A stretch of 64,000 nucleotides of DNA. It comes from Raja brachyura (lineage: Eukaryota). Location: positions 1,860,001-1,924,000 of the forward strand of contig OY740807.1 of NCBI GenBank assembly GCA_963514005.1. The letters are read 5' to 3'. The position numbers and the translations under genes were made by a program. How positions within the stretch are numbered: position 1 is the stretch's first letter; every line of letters begins with the position of its first letter. The notes under the pieces were generated by a model. That model saw only the letters and a program-made list of their open reading frames with translations, did not search any database and had not been told where the DNA came from. Positions 50,322 to 62,477 of the stretch are shown here, one piece after another.

Positions 50322-53300
50322 ATGTCGGGCTGGAGGAGTCAAGAAGGCTACCCCAAAAAAAGCCACCCTAATAATAAAATGCAAGATATGAATGTAAGGA
50401 TTGGGGGTGATGGAATCACCTTCTGTAGTTGGAATGTTAAGGGAATTAATGAACCAGTTAAAAGGGGAAAGGTGTTAGCTCAGTTGAATAGATTGAAATC
50501 AGATGTTACGTTTCTTCAGGAGACACATCTTAAAAAAGATGCTCAATATAGATTAACAGCTAAGTGGATTTCAAAGGTGTATCACTCATCATTTATACAT
50601 AAATCTAGAGGAGTTGCAATAATTATTCGTAAAGGCATACCTTTTAAACCTAGTTCTATAATAGAGGATAAGGAGGGTAGATATTTAATAATTACAGGGG
50701 AATTACAGTCAAAAAAAGTAATTTTTATGAATATATATGCAGCAAATTTCGATAACCCATTATTTTTCAAGAAAATATTTAATAATATCCCTATATCCAC
50801 TCAATATAATTTAATAATTGGGGGTGATTTAAATTGTACTTTAGATAATTATTTAGATAGATCTTCCACGAAAAGGAAAGCTCTTTCTAAGTCAAGTAAA
50901 TTTATAAACTCTTTTATTACGACATCGAATGTTAAGGATATTTGGAGATTGGATAATCCAACTGGACGTGAATATTCATTTTTCTCACCGGTATTTGGAA
51001 CCTATTCAAGGATAGATTATTTTTTAGTCGATTCAAAATTACTTCCCTTCACGTATGATGCAAAATACCACAATATTATTATCTCAGATCATGCCCCGCT
51101 AACATTCAAGATAAAATTAAAAGATATAGTTAATAAAACTAACACTTGGAGATTTAACCCACAAATATTGAAGGACAAAGGCAGTTGTAATTATGTGGAG
51201 GAACAGATTAAATTATTTTTCGAAACTAATGATAAACCTGAGATTTCCCCATTATTATTATGGGATACATTTAAAGCATTTATGCGTGGTGCAATAATAT
51301 CAGCACAAGCATATTTTAATAAAGAAAATCGAAAGACGGAGCAAAAGTTAGAAAAGGAGATAAAACGATTAGATAGTGAAAATATAAGACATCCTTCTAA
51401 AGAGTTAGTTAATAAAATTGCAATATTAAAATATAGATTAAATAAAATATATTCTGACCAAGTTATTAAACTTTTTCAAAAAACCAAACAAGTACATTTT
51501 GAATTTGGAGATAAGCCACAAAATTTATTAGCACGACAACTCAGAAAATTAGACGATGAAAAAACTATACATAGCATTAGATCTATGCAGGGAAACATAC
51601 TGACTATACCAAAGGATATTAATGACACATTTTTACAATATTATCAAAATCTTTATTCATCAAAATCAACAGGGCAAACAGATGAAATGGAAATGTTTCT
51701 AGACAAATGTCATATTAATAGGCTAGATCTGGAAAGTAGGCAATTGTTAAATGCTGAAATATCAGTAAGAGATATTGAAGAATCAATTGGTTCGTTAAAA
51801 AATGGAAAAACCGCGGGCCCTGATGGCCTGAGTGCAGAATTTTATAAAAAATTTAATGATCTAATCTCACCAAGATTACAGATAGTGTATAGATATGCAT
51901 ATGAACTAGGAAAATTACCAGAATCCTTAAATGAATCTACAATTACACTCATCCCGAAGTTAGACAAGGATCTGGAAGATCCTGGATCATATAGAGCGAT
52001 TGCTCTTTTAAATACTGACCAAAAAATATTAACTAAAGTACTATCTCAGAGGCTAAGTTTAGTGATTTCTAAAATAATACATCACGATCAAACAGGTTTT
52101 ATTCCAAAACGTTATTCATCACACAATCTTAGGCGCCTGTTTAATATCATATATTCGAAAAGAAAAAGAGACACAGAATTAGCAGTTATATCGTTGGATG
52201 CAGAAAAAGCATTCGATCAGGTGGAATGGTCATATTTATTTAATATAATGGAAAAGTTTCAATTGGGGGATGGATTCTGTAAATGGGTAAGAATATTATA
52301 CTCTAATCCTACTGCAAGAATTTTAACTAATCAAATACTATCACCTAAATTTAAACTATTTAGGGGATGCAGACAGGGATGTCCGTTATCCCCTTTATTA
52401 TTTGCCTTGGTCATAGAGCCTTTGGCTGAAAGAATTAGATCTGAACCTGAAATATATGGTTATAATACTGATACACCAATTAATAAAATATCTTTATATG
52501 CAGATGATGTTTTGATTTATATTACAAGACCGGAATGCAGTATTCCCAAGTTATTTAATGTTATAAATGAATTTAGCATATTTTCAGGATATAGGATTAA
52601 CTGGAATAAAAGTGAAATTATGCCTATAACTGGCATAAATATAAATATATTGCAACAATATCCATTAAAAATAGTCACAGATAAATTTAAATATTTAGGA
52701 ATCAATGTACCTAAATCGTTTAAATTATTAATTAAATCTAATTATCCTCAATTATTAGATAAACTTATAAAAAATATTTCATATTGGAAAACACTTCCTA
52801 TATCTATGGTTGGTAGAATTAATGCTATAAAAATGATTTTTTTACCACAATTGTTATATTTGTTTCAGGCTATTCCTTTTTTTCTCCCGAAATTTTTTAA
52901 AAAGAAAATTGATAATATTGTTAATAGTTTTATTTGGGACTATAAAAGTCATAGAATAAGTAAAAAACACTTATGTAAGTCTAAGATAAATGGAGGGTTA
53001 GCACTTCCAAATTTTTTATATTATTTCTGGGCAGTCCAGATTAAGAATATGAATTTTTGGTGGATAAATCTGGATAATGAACCAATGTGGTTAAAGATGG
53101 AAAAGGAAGACTGTTTACCTTTTAATATAGGCTCGATTCTTTTTGCCCCAAAGGAAGTACAAAAAAAGATTTATAGGGATAACCCTATAATTTATAATAA
53201 TAGGCGTATATGGAAACAGATAGTTAAGACTTTACATCTGGATAATCTATCTTTCAGGTTACCAATTAGGAATAACCCATTGTTTAAACCCTCAATATTA

Positions 53301-54167
53301 GATGCGGGGTTTAGACTCTGGGAGGATTTAGGAATTAAAAGGGTAGGACACCTTTATAGAAATGGAAATTTTTTATTATTTGAAGAGTTGCAAGATATTT
53401 TTGGATTGCCTTCACAACATTTGTTTAGATATTTACAAATTAGAGATTACATTAAATGTAATACACAAGATTATAAAAATAAAGAACCAGGCTTATTAGA
53501 TGGTTTGTTTAATTTACATCCAAATACGGAAAAGTTAATAGCTCATACATATAATATTATTCTGGATAAAGAGACCCCAATAACTGAAACATATCGCCAA
53601 GCATGGGAAAATGAAATTGGATTACCTATAACAAAAGAAATTTGGGAAGAAAGCTTACAGAGAATAAATCGGTGTTCTTTAAATGCTAGACATATATTGA
53701 TACAATTTAAAGTACTATATAGATTACATTATTCGAAAACCAAATTAAATAGTATTTTTCCCAATCTCTCCTCTATTTGTGATAAATGTAAGAATCTAGA
53801 AGCAAACTTAATACATAGTTTTGTAACATGCCCTAAGTTGAATTATTACTGGACAGAATTTTTTAAAGTAATTTCTGAAGTTCTTAAAGTTAAACTGGAC
53901 CCTGACCCAAAATTAATAATATTTGGAATTCCGGAATCAAGTTTGGTTTTGACAGTAAATCAAAGAAATTTCTTTGATTACTGTTTGATAATAGGGAAAA
54001 AAATCATATTGAAATTTTGGAAGGGAACATTATCCCCAACAATTAAAATGTGGACAGTAGAGATGCTGGAGACGTTATATTTGGAAAGAATTAGATTTGT
54101 CCTATTGGACAGGTATAATTCTTTTGAACTGATATGGTCTCCATATATACAGTATCTAGAGAAGTAG
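50322..54167 (+). CDS. L1 ORF2p (APE endonuclease + reverse transcriptase + CCHC)
   Basis: 1281 aa uninterrupted. SWNVKG, LQETH, GGDLN, SRIDY, SDH, SLDAEKAFD, GCRQGCPLSP, YADD and CDKC-X8-H-X4-C. Confidence 0.97.
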   Translation: MSGWRSQEGYPKKSHPNNKMQDMNVRIGGDGITFCSWNVKGINEPVKRGKVLAQLNRLKSDVTFLQETHLKKDAQYRLTAKWISKVYHSSFIHKSRGVAIIIRKGIPFKPSSIIEDKEGRYLIITGELQSKKVIFMNIYAANFDNPLFFKKIFNNIPISTQYNLIIGGDLNCTLDNYLDRSSTKRKALSKSSKFINSFITTSNVKDIWRLDNPTGREYSFFSPVFGTYSRIDYFLVDSKLLPFTYDAKYHNIIISDHAPLTFKIKLKDIVNKTNTWRFNPQILKDKGSCNYVEEQIKLFFETNDKPEISPLLLWDTFKAFMRGAIISAQAYFNKENRKTEQKLEKEIKRLDSENIRHPSKELVNKIAILKYRLNKIYSDQVIKLFQKTKQVHFEFGDKPQNLLARQLRKLDDEKTIHSIRSMQGNILTIPKDINDTFLQYYQNLYSSKSTGQTDEMEMFLDKCHINRLDLESRQLLNAEISVRDIEESIGSLKNGKTAGPDGLSAEFYKKFNDLISPRLQIVYRYAYELGKLPESLNESTITLIPKLDKDLEDPGSYRAIALLNTDQKILTKVLSQRLSLVISKIIHHDQTGFIPKRYSSHNLRRLFNIIYSKRKRDTELAVISLDAEKAFDQVEWSYLFNIMEKFQLGDGFCKWVRILYSNPTARILTNQILSPKFKLFRGCRQGCPLSPLLFALVIEPLAERIRSEPEIYGYNTDTPINKISLYADDVLIYITRPECSIPKLFNVINEFSIFSGYRINWNKSEIMPITGININILQQYPLKIVTDKFKYLGINVPKSFKLLIKSNYPQLLDKLIKNISYWKTLPISMVGRINAIKMIFLPQLLYLFQAIPFFLPKFFKKKIDNIVNSFIWDYKSHRISKKHLCKSKINGGLALPNFLYYFWAVQIKNMNFWWINLDNEPMWLKMEKEDCLPFNIGSILFAPKEVQKKIYRDNPIIYNNRRIWKQIVKTLHLDNLSFRLPIRNNPLFKPSILDAGFRLWEDLGIKRVGHLYRNGNFLLFEELQDIFGLPSQHLFRYLQIRDYIKCNTQDYKNKEPGLLDGLFNLHPNTEKLIAHTYNIILDKETPITETYRQAWENEIGLPITKEIWEESLQRINRCSLNARHILIQFKVLYRLHYSKTKLNSIFPNLSSICDKCKNLEANLIHSFVTCPKLNYYWTEFFKVISEVLKVKLDPDPKLIIFGIPESSLVLTVNQRNFFDYCLIIGKKIILKFWKGTLSPTIKMWTVEMLETLYLERIRFVLLDRYNSFELIWSPYIQYLEK

Positions 54168-54567
54168 CTGTTCTTGGCATCACGGCTCGACGGGCACCCT
54201 ACGGAATCCGATGAGAATAACTTATTTACATATGGGATTAATGCGCATGTCCCATTGATATTATTGTTCGAAATAATTTCATGTATAATGTACTTAGTTG
54301 TTTTTGATTTATATATATATAATATATATATATTTTTTTTTAATTTGTATTTGTAGATTGTTTTCTATTTCTATCTCTTTTTTTCTTTTCCTCTTTATTA
54401 TATATCTTTTTCTATCTTTATTTCCAAAAAAACAGACGATATTAATTATCGATGTGCTATTTGTAGAAATATTGAATTAAGATGATAGTTTTAAATGAGT
54501 GTTATACATTGTAAATTGGTTACTTCAAATAAAAAAAAAAAATTAAAAAAAAAGATAACCGTAGTGC

Positions 54568-55070
54568 ACTCCAAAACAATGGGTGGGAAATGGTTAGCTT
54601 CCCCATCAGAGTCAGGGAGGGATCAGTCAGCCACTCTCCCCTGTCTTATTCGGATGCAGTTAAGAACCCTTTGCTAAATCCAACAGAAAATATGAGAACA
54701 GAAGAGGGGTGGCATTGCCAGGCAGTAGAGGCACTCAGATCAAAGCCTCCCTGTCCATGGATGATGTCGCCATCTTCTGCTTGGATCCACAGTTGGCCCA
54801 CACTTTGGTCAGCATCTGTGACCAGTTTGAGTTGACATTGGGAGCCGGAATAAACCGTAAGAAGAATGAGGCTCTACTCTTTGGCATCTGGGCCGACTGA
54901 TCTTCCGTCCCTTCACCATTAGGTCTGACTACCTGAAGGTGCTGGGAATCTGGTTCAGAGGAGCTGAGACAAGCGACAAGAATTGGCTGCAATAGAGAGC
55001 CAAGGGCAAACAAAATTTGAAAGCAGTGTTCTTTCAATAATCAGAAAAAATTGGTTATTGGGTGTGAGCT
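54568..55070 (+). mobile_element. Decayed Tx1-clade RT, 3' part
   Basis: IKASLSMDDVAIFC...ICDQFELTLGAGINRKK continues the RT of 48062-48472 across the L1. Confidence 0.8.
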
Positions 55071-55089
55071 GCTCTCGGGACTGCTGTTC

Positions 55090-55450
55090 TTTGAGGCATA
55101 CAACATGGGAACAGGACGTTCTGCCCAACTTGCCCATGCTAAACAAGACGCCCCATCTACACAAGGCCACTTCCCTGCCTTTGGGTGAATATCGCTCAAA
55201 TTCATTCCTATCCATGTGCCTGTACAAATGTCTTTTAAATGTTTTCATACCTGCCTCTGTGAAAAAGTTGCCCCACAGGTTCCTATTAAATCTTTCCAAT
55301 CTCACCTTAAACTCATGTCCTTTGATTCTCTAATCTGGGTAAAAGACTCTATGCCGTCACCCTATCTATCCACCTCATGATTTTATACACTTCTATAAGA
55401 TCATCCCTCAGCCTCTTGTGTTCTAAGTCTTAGCCTGCCCTACCCATCTT
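55090..55450 (-). mobile_element. Old CR1-type 3' tail
   Basis: ORF 54955-55305 ERFNRNLWGNFFT. Confidence 0.7.
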
Positions 55451-55560
55451 TGGGTTTTCTGGCACCTCACTCAAGTCCAATGATGATTCATTTTTCTCAG
55501 CAAGGCCCCCCACAATTTATTCTGTAGCTTTCCACAGTGTCCTTGGATATATCTGATCAG

Positions 55561-58440
55561 CAAGTCTCAAAATTAACGGTTGCCCGGGTGCCAATGGCCA
55601 CCTAAAGTACCGCCGGGCAACCTAAAAGCCGAGTCATTTTCCCTGGCTTGGCAAGCGAAGGAATGCTTGGCTGATGTGGACAGCGGATGGCCTGATGCAA
55701 ACTGTGCCGGTGTTTCTCAGAGAGCTCCTGTCTTATTCATGTTCCCTGCCTTGCCCTGTGGAGTTGCTGCTTGTTTGTGAACCAGCGGCTCAGGCAGCGG
55801 ATTGGCGCTCGACACCGCTGCAAATTGTTCTGTTGCTGTTGTTCCCTTAAAGGGCCTGAGCCACTTTGCGATTTTTTTTCGGCGACTGCGGAGCGTCAGT
55901 GATGGTTTTAAAAGGCGTCAGTCACTGACACTCCACAGTCATTAAAAAAATTGGAAAGTAGGGCAGGCCCTTTAAGGGAACAACAGCAACAGAACAATTT
56001 GCAGCTGTGTCGAGCGCCTGAGCCGCGTATTCCCTTCTTCCTGCAAGATTCAGTCCGTGTAGACTGAACTCCTCTCTCCCCTCCACCCCTCTTCCCCCTC
56101 CTGCCTCCTTCCCTACTCCCCCCTGCCCTTCTTCCTTCCCCACTCCCCCACTTCTTCCCTTCCCCCTCTTCCTCCCTTCTACCCACTCCACTCTTCTTCC
56201 CCTTCTCCACCTGCCCTCATGTCCCCTTCTCCCTCCCTTCTCCACCCCCCCCCCCCACCCCCACCCCCCCCAGCCCCCTTACCCGAACAGAGACGCAATC
56301 TTTGGAGTGCGGGAGGTAACCCTAACCCTAGGTTGATAGGCTTGGTATTTATAAATTATCCCTGGCGTGTGTGGGATAGTGTGTGGGTCGGTGCGGACTC
56401 GGTGGGCCGAAGGGCACTTTATCTCTGAGCTGAATGGGACACAGGTGACACAGGGGCCCCAGGGGTTCAACTCAAACGCCCAATATTCTGCACTAAACTG
56501 TTGGTCACGATTGTCCCAGAGACAGATCTTTCTTCCAATGGTTTCTCCAAAGCCCCAGAGACAGCGGGCTTTTCAACTGGGTACAGGCAATGTTGTCAAT
56601 GTACCAGTGCCACCCACCTGCTCCGGCCACTGAGTCTAAATACCCACCACCCATTTTGAAGCAAGGCGACGGGGCAGATGGCAGGGGTGGGGTGGGGGGG
56701 GTCGGGGGCGGGTGTTGTTCCCAAAGTCTGCATTTATCCCAGAGTCAATGTTACTAGAACAGATGTGGAGTAGGCTTTGTGCAGTACTATTAGTGGGATC
56801 TAGCTGTCACAGGCTGGGTCCACAAATGGGGTGCGTGGGGAAATTGGAAAATGGGAGAAGGGAGGGAGAGGGTTAGAAGGGGATATGAGGGGATGGGGGA
56901 AGTGGAGAAGGGGGAGAACAGTGGAGCGGGGAGGAGGAGGAAGAGGGGGCGAGGGAAGAAGGGGAGCGGAGAAGGGAGAAGGGTAGCAGGGGAGTGGAGA
57001 AGGAGGGATGGAGGCGGGAAGAGAGGGATGGAGGGGAGAGAGGCGTTCAGTCTACACTCTGTGAATCCATCCCTTCAAGATCCAAATCCCTGAGACGGTG
57101 ATTTGGATCTGGAAGCAGACCAATACAAAATAAATCTGACCGATTCAGACATCTTCTCATTTGCACAATTGATTTTATTGTGTTAATTTTAATATATTCA
57201 TGTTTAAAATCAATGCATTGAAGGAAGAATATTTTACAGCCCATCTGTGGACCCTAACCTTAACCCTAACCGGGCGTCACCCGCAGGACAGCATACGTCA
57301 GCCTGTGACAGGGTGCACGACATGATGAGACACACAAATGTCGCCCCTGGATTTTGAACCTTTCAAAATCCTGGGGCGACAGGGAGACACCGCGCGTCAC
57401 TACATGCGTCACAATGTGTCACGACCCGACCATGACACGACAACCTCTTTTCAGGCTATCGCCGAAAATATTGGAAATGCCCTTAAAACCCTCACCCCAC
57501 GGGAGGGGGCGAGAAGCTGCAAATTGACCTGCCCGCGTTTGGGCCATATCCCTCCAAACCTGACCTATCCATGTACCTGTCTCTGTTCTTGTATTTCTGT
57601 CTGCCTCTGTCTCTGCATCCATCTCTGTCTATCTCTGTCTCTGCCTCTGCTCTTTCTGTCTTTCTCTGTCTCTCGCTTACCAGTTCTCCCCCACTTTTTC
57701 ATCAGAACCCCCCCCCCCCCTGAAATTTGGGCATGGTAGCTCCCCCGAATGCTCCAGTGTAGTGCCAAGTAACAGACATGTTGCTGAAAGGGTTGTTGTG
57801 ATACAGCATGTGCAGCACTATTAGTGGGATCGAGCTGTCACAGGCTAGCTCTTCTGGTGTTCCTGAAGTCCCACACCAGAAGAGCTACCCAACATCTGCA
57901 CTCTCCTTGACCTCGTCCTTACCTCGTCAAGTTCAGCTGAGGCTGAGCGAAGCTTCAGCCGGCTGAAGCAGCTGAAGACCACCATCAGAAGTTCCCTCCA
58001 GGACGACCAGGTGACGGACCAGCTCCTCATCACACTGCATGCCAGTAACATCAAGGACCTTGATCCCCGGCCACCCATCAGCTTGTGGCATGCAGGAGGG
58101 ATGAGGGCAAGCAGGCCCGACACGGGAGAAGACCCAGCTGGAGCATCTGCTTCGGGACCTCACCCTGACAGTGACAAGTCTGATGAGGAGGATGCTCTGC
58201 TGAAGAGCGACTCAGGTGACAATTAAAGTGACTTTACATGTAGTTGAACAGCTTTGTCTTTACTTTGCTTTTCAGGAAATGGTTTAAATATCAAGCAGAA
58301 AAGTTACACAAGTTCTCACAAATATAATGTTTCTGTCCATTTAAAGTTGATATCCCCCCCCTCCCCCCCCCCCCCAAAAAAATAATAATAATAACCACCA
58401 ACCATTTTTATTGCCCTTCTGGGCAATCTCATTTGCCAAG
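55561..58440 (+). mobile_element. hAT-family DNA transposon relic with nested repeats
   Basis: hAT C-terminal dimerisation motif at 57867-58226. TIR-like start caagtctcaaaattaacggttgcccggg and ttgcccttctgggcaa near the right end. Boundaries tentative. Confidence 0.5.
57867..58226 (+). pseudogene. hAT transposase C-terminal dimerisation domain remnant
   Basis: PEELPNICTLLDLVLTSSSSAEAERSFSRLKQLKTTIRSSLQDDQVTDQLLITLH. Confidence 0.85.
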
Positions 58441-58973
58441 TTCCATGATTGATTCAATATAGTCATCTACTCCCATGATTCATCTTCTTAGTGGGCACAG
58501 AGTAAAAGAGGTACGATGTACATTCTAACGTATGGTATAGGACTGGTCAGGTAATAATAATACAGTAACAAGTGTTTTACAAGAAAAATAAAATCTACTT
58601 AAAATAAAAAGTGCACTTCCATTCTCTTTATTTCTTTTAAATTACAAAATCCTGGACCAGAAGGGATATATTATGTATCTACTTTTCCCCTCTTGATGTT
58701 GTTACTGTGTCTACCTTCAAAGGTGTCAAACAGATCGATTCAATTCTTTAGCAACTCACCTTGCTGTGACTGGGCACAACAGAGATTGATGATTGAAGAT
58801 TCAAGAGGAACAGACCCATGCTAATTTTCAGTCCTTCACAGAAAACATGCTTGCATCAATCTGTAGTGTGCATGGTTAAGCATAGATGTTACCATAGTCC
58901 AGGATTTATTGACACAGGTTGATTATACCCTCTATAATCCAACCACATTTTTGTTTGGAAGTGGAAAGAAATA

Positions 58974-60945
58974 ATAGAAACTTAGAAAATAGGTGCAGGA
59001 GTAGGCCATTCGGCCCTTCGGGCCTGCACCGCCATCAGTGTGATCATGGCTGAACATCCAACTCAGTATCCCGTACCTGCCTTCTCTCCATACCCCCTGA
59101 TCCCCTTAGCCACAAGGGCCATATCTAACTCCTTCTTAAATATAGACAATTAATTGGCCTCAACTACCTTCTGTGGCAGAGAATTCCAGAGACTCACCAC
59201 TCTCTGTGTGAAAAATATTTTCCTCATCTCGGTCCTAAAGGAATTCCCCCTTATCCTTAAACTGTGACCCCTTGTTCTGGATTTCCTCAACATCAGGAAC
59301 AATCTTCCTGCATCTAGCCTGTCCAATCCCTCAATAATTTTGTAAGTTTCTATAAGATATCCCCTCAATCTTCTAAATTCTAGCGAGTACAAGCAGAGTC
59401 TATCCAGTCTTTCCTCAGATGAAAGTCCTGACATACCAGGAATCAGTCTGGTGAACCTTCTCTGTACCCCCTCTATGGCAAGAATGTATTTCCTAAGATT
59501 TGGAGACCAAAGCTGTACGCAATATTCCAGGTGTGGTCTCACCAAGACCCTGTACAACTGCAGTAGAACCTCCCTGCTCCTATACTCAAATCCTTTTGCT
59601 ATGAATGTTAACATACCATTCGCTTTCTTCACTGCCTGCTGCACCTGCATGCCTACTTTCAATGACTGGTGTACCATGACACCCAGGTCTCGTTTCATCT
59701 CCCCTTTTCCTATTCCGATAAAAGTCTACCCTCCTGTTTTTGCCACCAAAGTGGATAACCTCACATTTATCCATATTATACTGCATCTGCCGTACCTTTG
59801 CCCACTCACCCAGCCTATCCAAGTCACCTTGCAGCCTCCTAGGATCCTCCTCACACCTAACACTGCCCCCCAGCTTCGTGTCATCCGCAAACTTGGAGAT
59901 GTTGCATTCAATTCCCTCATCCAAATCATTAATATATATTGTATATAGCTGGGGTCCCAGCACTGAGCCTTGCGGTACCACACTAGTCACTGACTGCCAT
60001 TCTGAAAAGGACCCGTTTGCTCCTACCCTTTGCTTCCTGTCTGCCAGCCAATTCTCTATCCACATCAATACTGAACCCCCAATACCGTGTCCTTTAAGTT
60101 TGTATACTAATCTCTTATGTGGGACCTTGTCGAAAGCCTTCTGAAAGTCCAGATATAACACATCCACTAGTTCTCCCTTATCCACACTACTAGATACATC
60201 CTCGAAAAATTCTATAAGATTCATCAGACATGATTCACCTTTTGTAAATCCATGCTGACTTTGTCCAATGATTTCACCACTTTCCAAATGTGCTGCTATC
60301 CCATCTTTAAAAACTGACTCTAGCAGTTTCCCCACTGCCAATGTTAGACTAGCTGGTCTGTTATTCCCCTTTTTCACTCTCCCTCCTTTATAAAAAAGTG
60401 GGGCTACATTAGCTACCCTCCAATCCTCAGGAACTACTCCAGAATCTAAAGAGTTTTGAACAATTACCACTAATGCATCCACTATTTCTGGGGCTACTTC
60501 CTTGAGTACTCTGGGATGCAGCCTATCTGGCCCTGGGGATTTATCAGCCTTTAATCCATTCAATTTACCCAACAGCACTTCCCGGCTAACCTGGATTTCA
60601 CTCAGTTCCTCCATCTTATTGGACCCCCGGTCCCCTGCTATTTCCAGCAGATTATTTATGTCTTCCTTAGTGAAGACAGAACCGAAGTAGTTATTCAATT
60701 GGTCTGTCATGTTCTTGTTCCCCATGATCAATTCACCTGTTTCTGACTGCAAGGGACCTACATTTGTTTTAACTAATCTTTTTCTCTTCACATATCTATA
60801 AAACCTTTTGCAGTCAGTTTTTATGTTCCCTGCCAGTTTTATTTCATAATCTATTTTTCCTTTCCTAATTAAGCCCTTTGTCCTCCTCTGCTGGACTCTG
60901 AATTTCTCCCAGTCCTCTGGTAGGTTGCTTTTTCTGGCTAATTTT
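58974..60945 (-). mobile_element. CR1-type LINE, 5'-truncated
   Basis: ORFs 59586-60959 and 59150-59698. Confidence 0.95.
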
Positions 60946-61039
60946 AAGACGGCTTGCATGACACGTGCGATAATGTGCTCGGACGAAGTGCGTAGTTACC
61001 AGTCGGAATTATGCAGACTTCCCAGTTTAGTGAAATGCT

Positions 61040-61336
61040 TCATATCCAAAACTCACCAAGGATCCAAGGAGAGATAGCAGAATGGATAGAAAATTGGCTC
61101 CAAGGAAGAAAGCAGAGGGTAATAGTGGAAGGTTGCTTCTCAGACCGGATACCTGTGTCTAATGGTGTGCCTCATGGTTTGGTGCTGGGTCCATTACTGT
61201 TTGTCATCTACATCAATGATTTGGATGAGAACATACGGGGCAAGATTAGCTAGTTTGCTTATGATACAAAAGTTAGTGGTTTTACAGATAGTGAAGATGG
61301 TTGTGAATGTTTGCAGCAGGATGTGGATCGATTGGC
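61040..61336 (+). mobile_element. CR1-type RT fragment
   Basis: ORF 61011-61253. Confidence 0.8.
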
Positions 61337-61453
61337 CGTGCAGTCACAGGGAGAACATACAAACTCTGTACAGACAGCACCCATAATCAGGATCAAACCC
61401 AGGTCTCTTGCAGTGTAAGGCAGCAACTCTACCAATGTGCAACCGTGCCGCCC
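61337..61453 (-). mobile_element. HE1-like SINE 5' half
   Basis: Antisense gggcggcacggttgcacattggtagagttgctgcc. Confidence 0.8.
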
Positions 61454-61559
61454 AGAGATGAGAAAAAAACACAAGGCTGCAAGTTAGAGAGAGAAGAGGC
61501 AAAAATCTGAAGCAAAAGGAATAGATCTTGTAAAGGGGATGAGGGAAGTGGCAAGTGTT

Positions 61560-62040
61560 GTTGGTTACCTAAAATTGGAGATTTGAACATGCATATTATT
61601 GGGTTGTAAGCTATGCAAGCGGAAGATACTGCTGTTCCTCCTGTTTGTGTGGGGCCACTCTGACAGTGGAGGATGCCCAGGACAGAAAGGTCAGTATGGG
61701 AAAGGGAAGGGGAATTAAAATGGTGTGCAACTGGGAGATCCAAAAGACCTTGGCAGACCAAGCACAAGTTTGGTGAAACATTCGCCTAACTATGCATGGT
61801 CTCGCCGTATAAAGGTCACATGGTGAGCACCAAATGCAGTAAATGAGGATGGAGGAAGTGCACATGAACCTCTCTTGCACCCGGAAGGGTTGCTGAGTTG
61901 CTGGGTTCCCTGGGTGGATGTGAGGGGGGAGGAATAGAGATAGGAGTTACATCTCCTGCAGTTGCAGGGGAAACTACCTGGTGTGGGGGTAGTTTGGGTG
62001 GGAAGGGCTGAGTGAACCAAGGAGCTGCGGATGGAGGGGG
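61560..62040 (-). mobile_element. Decayed Penelope-like element
   Basis: QERFMCTSSILIYCIWCSPC and PCNCRRCNS motifs. Confidence 0.85.
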
Positions 62041-62477
62041 GTTTGTAGAGCAGCACCTCATATTCCATGAGTATTCCACTTCCACTTCCATATTCCACTT
62101 GTCATATTCCACTTCCTCCGGTTCACATTTTGCACATCTTCTTTTCTTATCTCACATCCTTTTCTCTTCTTCCCACATCTGGTCTTCATCCACCCATCTG
62201 CTAATCAAAGCACCCCTCACCTGTATCACTCGCAAGGCTTTGTCCCGTCCCACGACCTCTGTTGGTCTGGCAGAATGGATAATTTAGAAAGGCTCTGGAA
62301 TAAGGATGCCGGAAGATTGGTGGACTGTATTATGTTCTGCTTTGCTCTCCTTGCTATAGGAGCAATATCATTAAACTCTAAATGGTACAGAAAAGATTTA
62401 TAAGGATTCAGCCAGGAATCTAGAGAATAAATTGTAAGGCGAGGTTGGGAAGGCGAGGAATTTATTTGTTGGAGCAT

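Larger units (their letters stand above)
48473..54552 (+). mobile_element. Full-length L1-clade LINE with both ORFs open
   Basis: 5' end gacttccggtggcgccatg with a CpG-rich UTR, then ORF1, ORF2, AATAAA and A-tail. TSD agatacccgtagtgc (48458-48472) / agataaccgtagtgc (54553-54567). Confidence 0.96.

Noticed and set aside
62062-62118. Short tattccactt repeats as a CRISPR-like or regulatory array
   Set aside because: Irregular slippage repeat without spacers, in a eukaryotic context.
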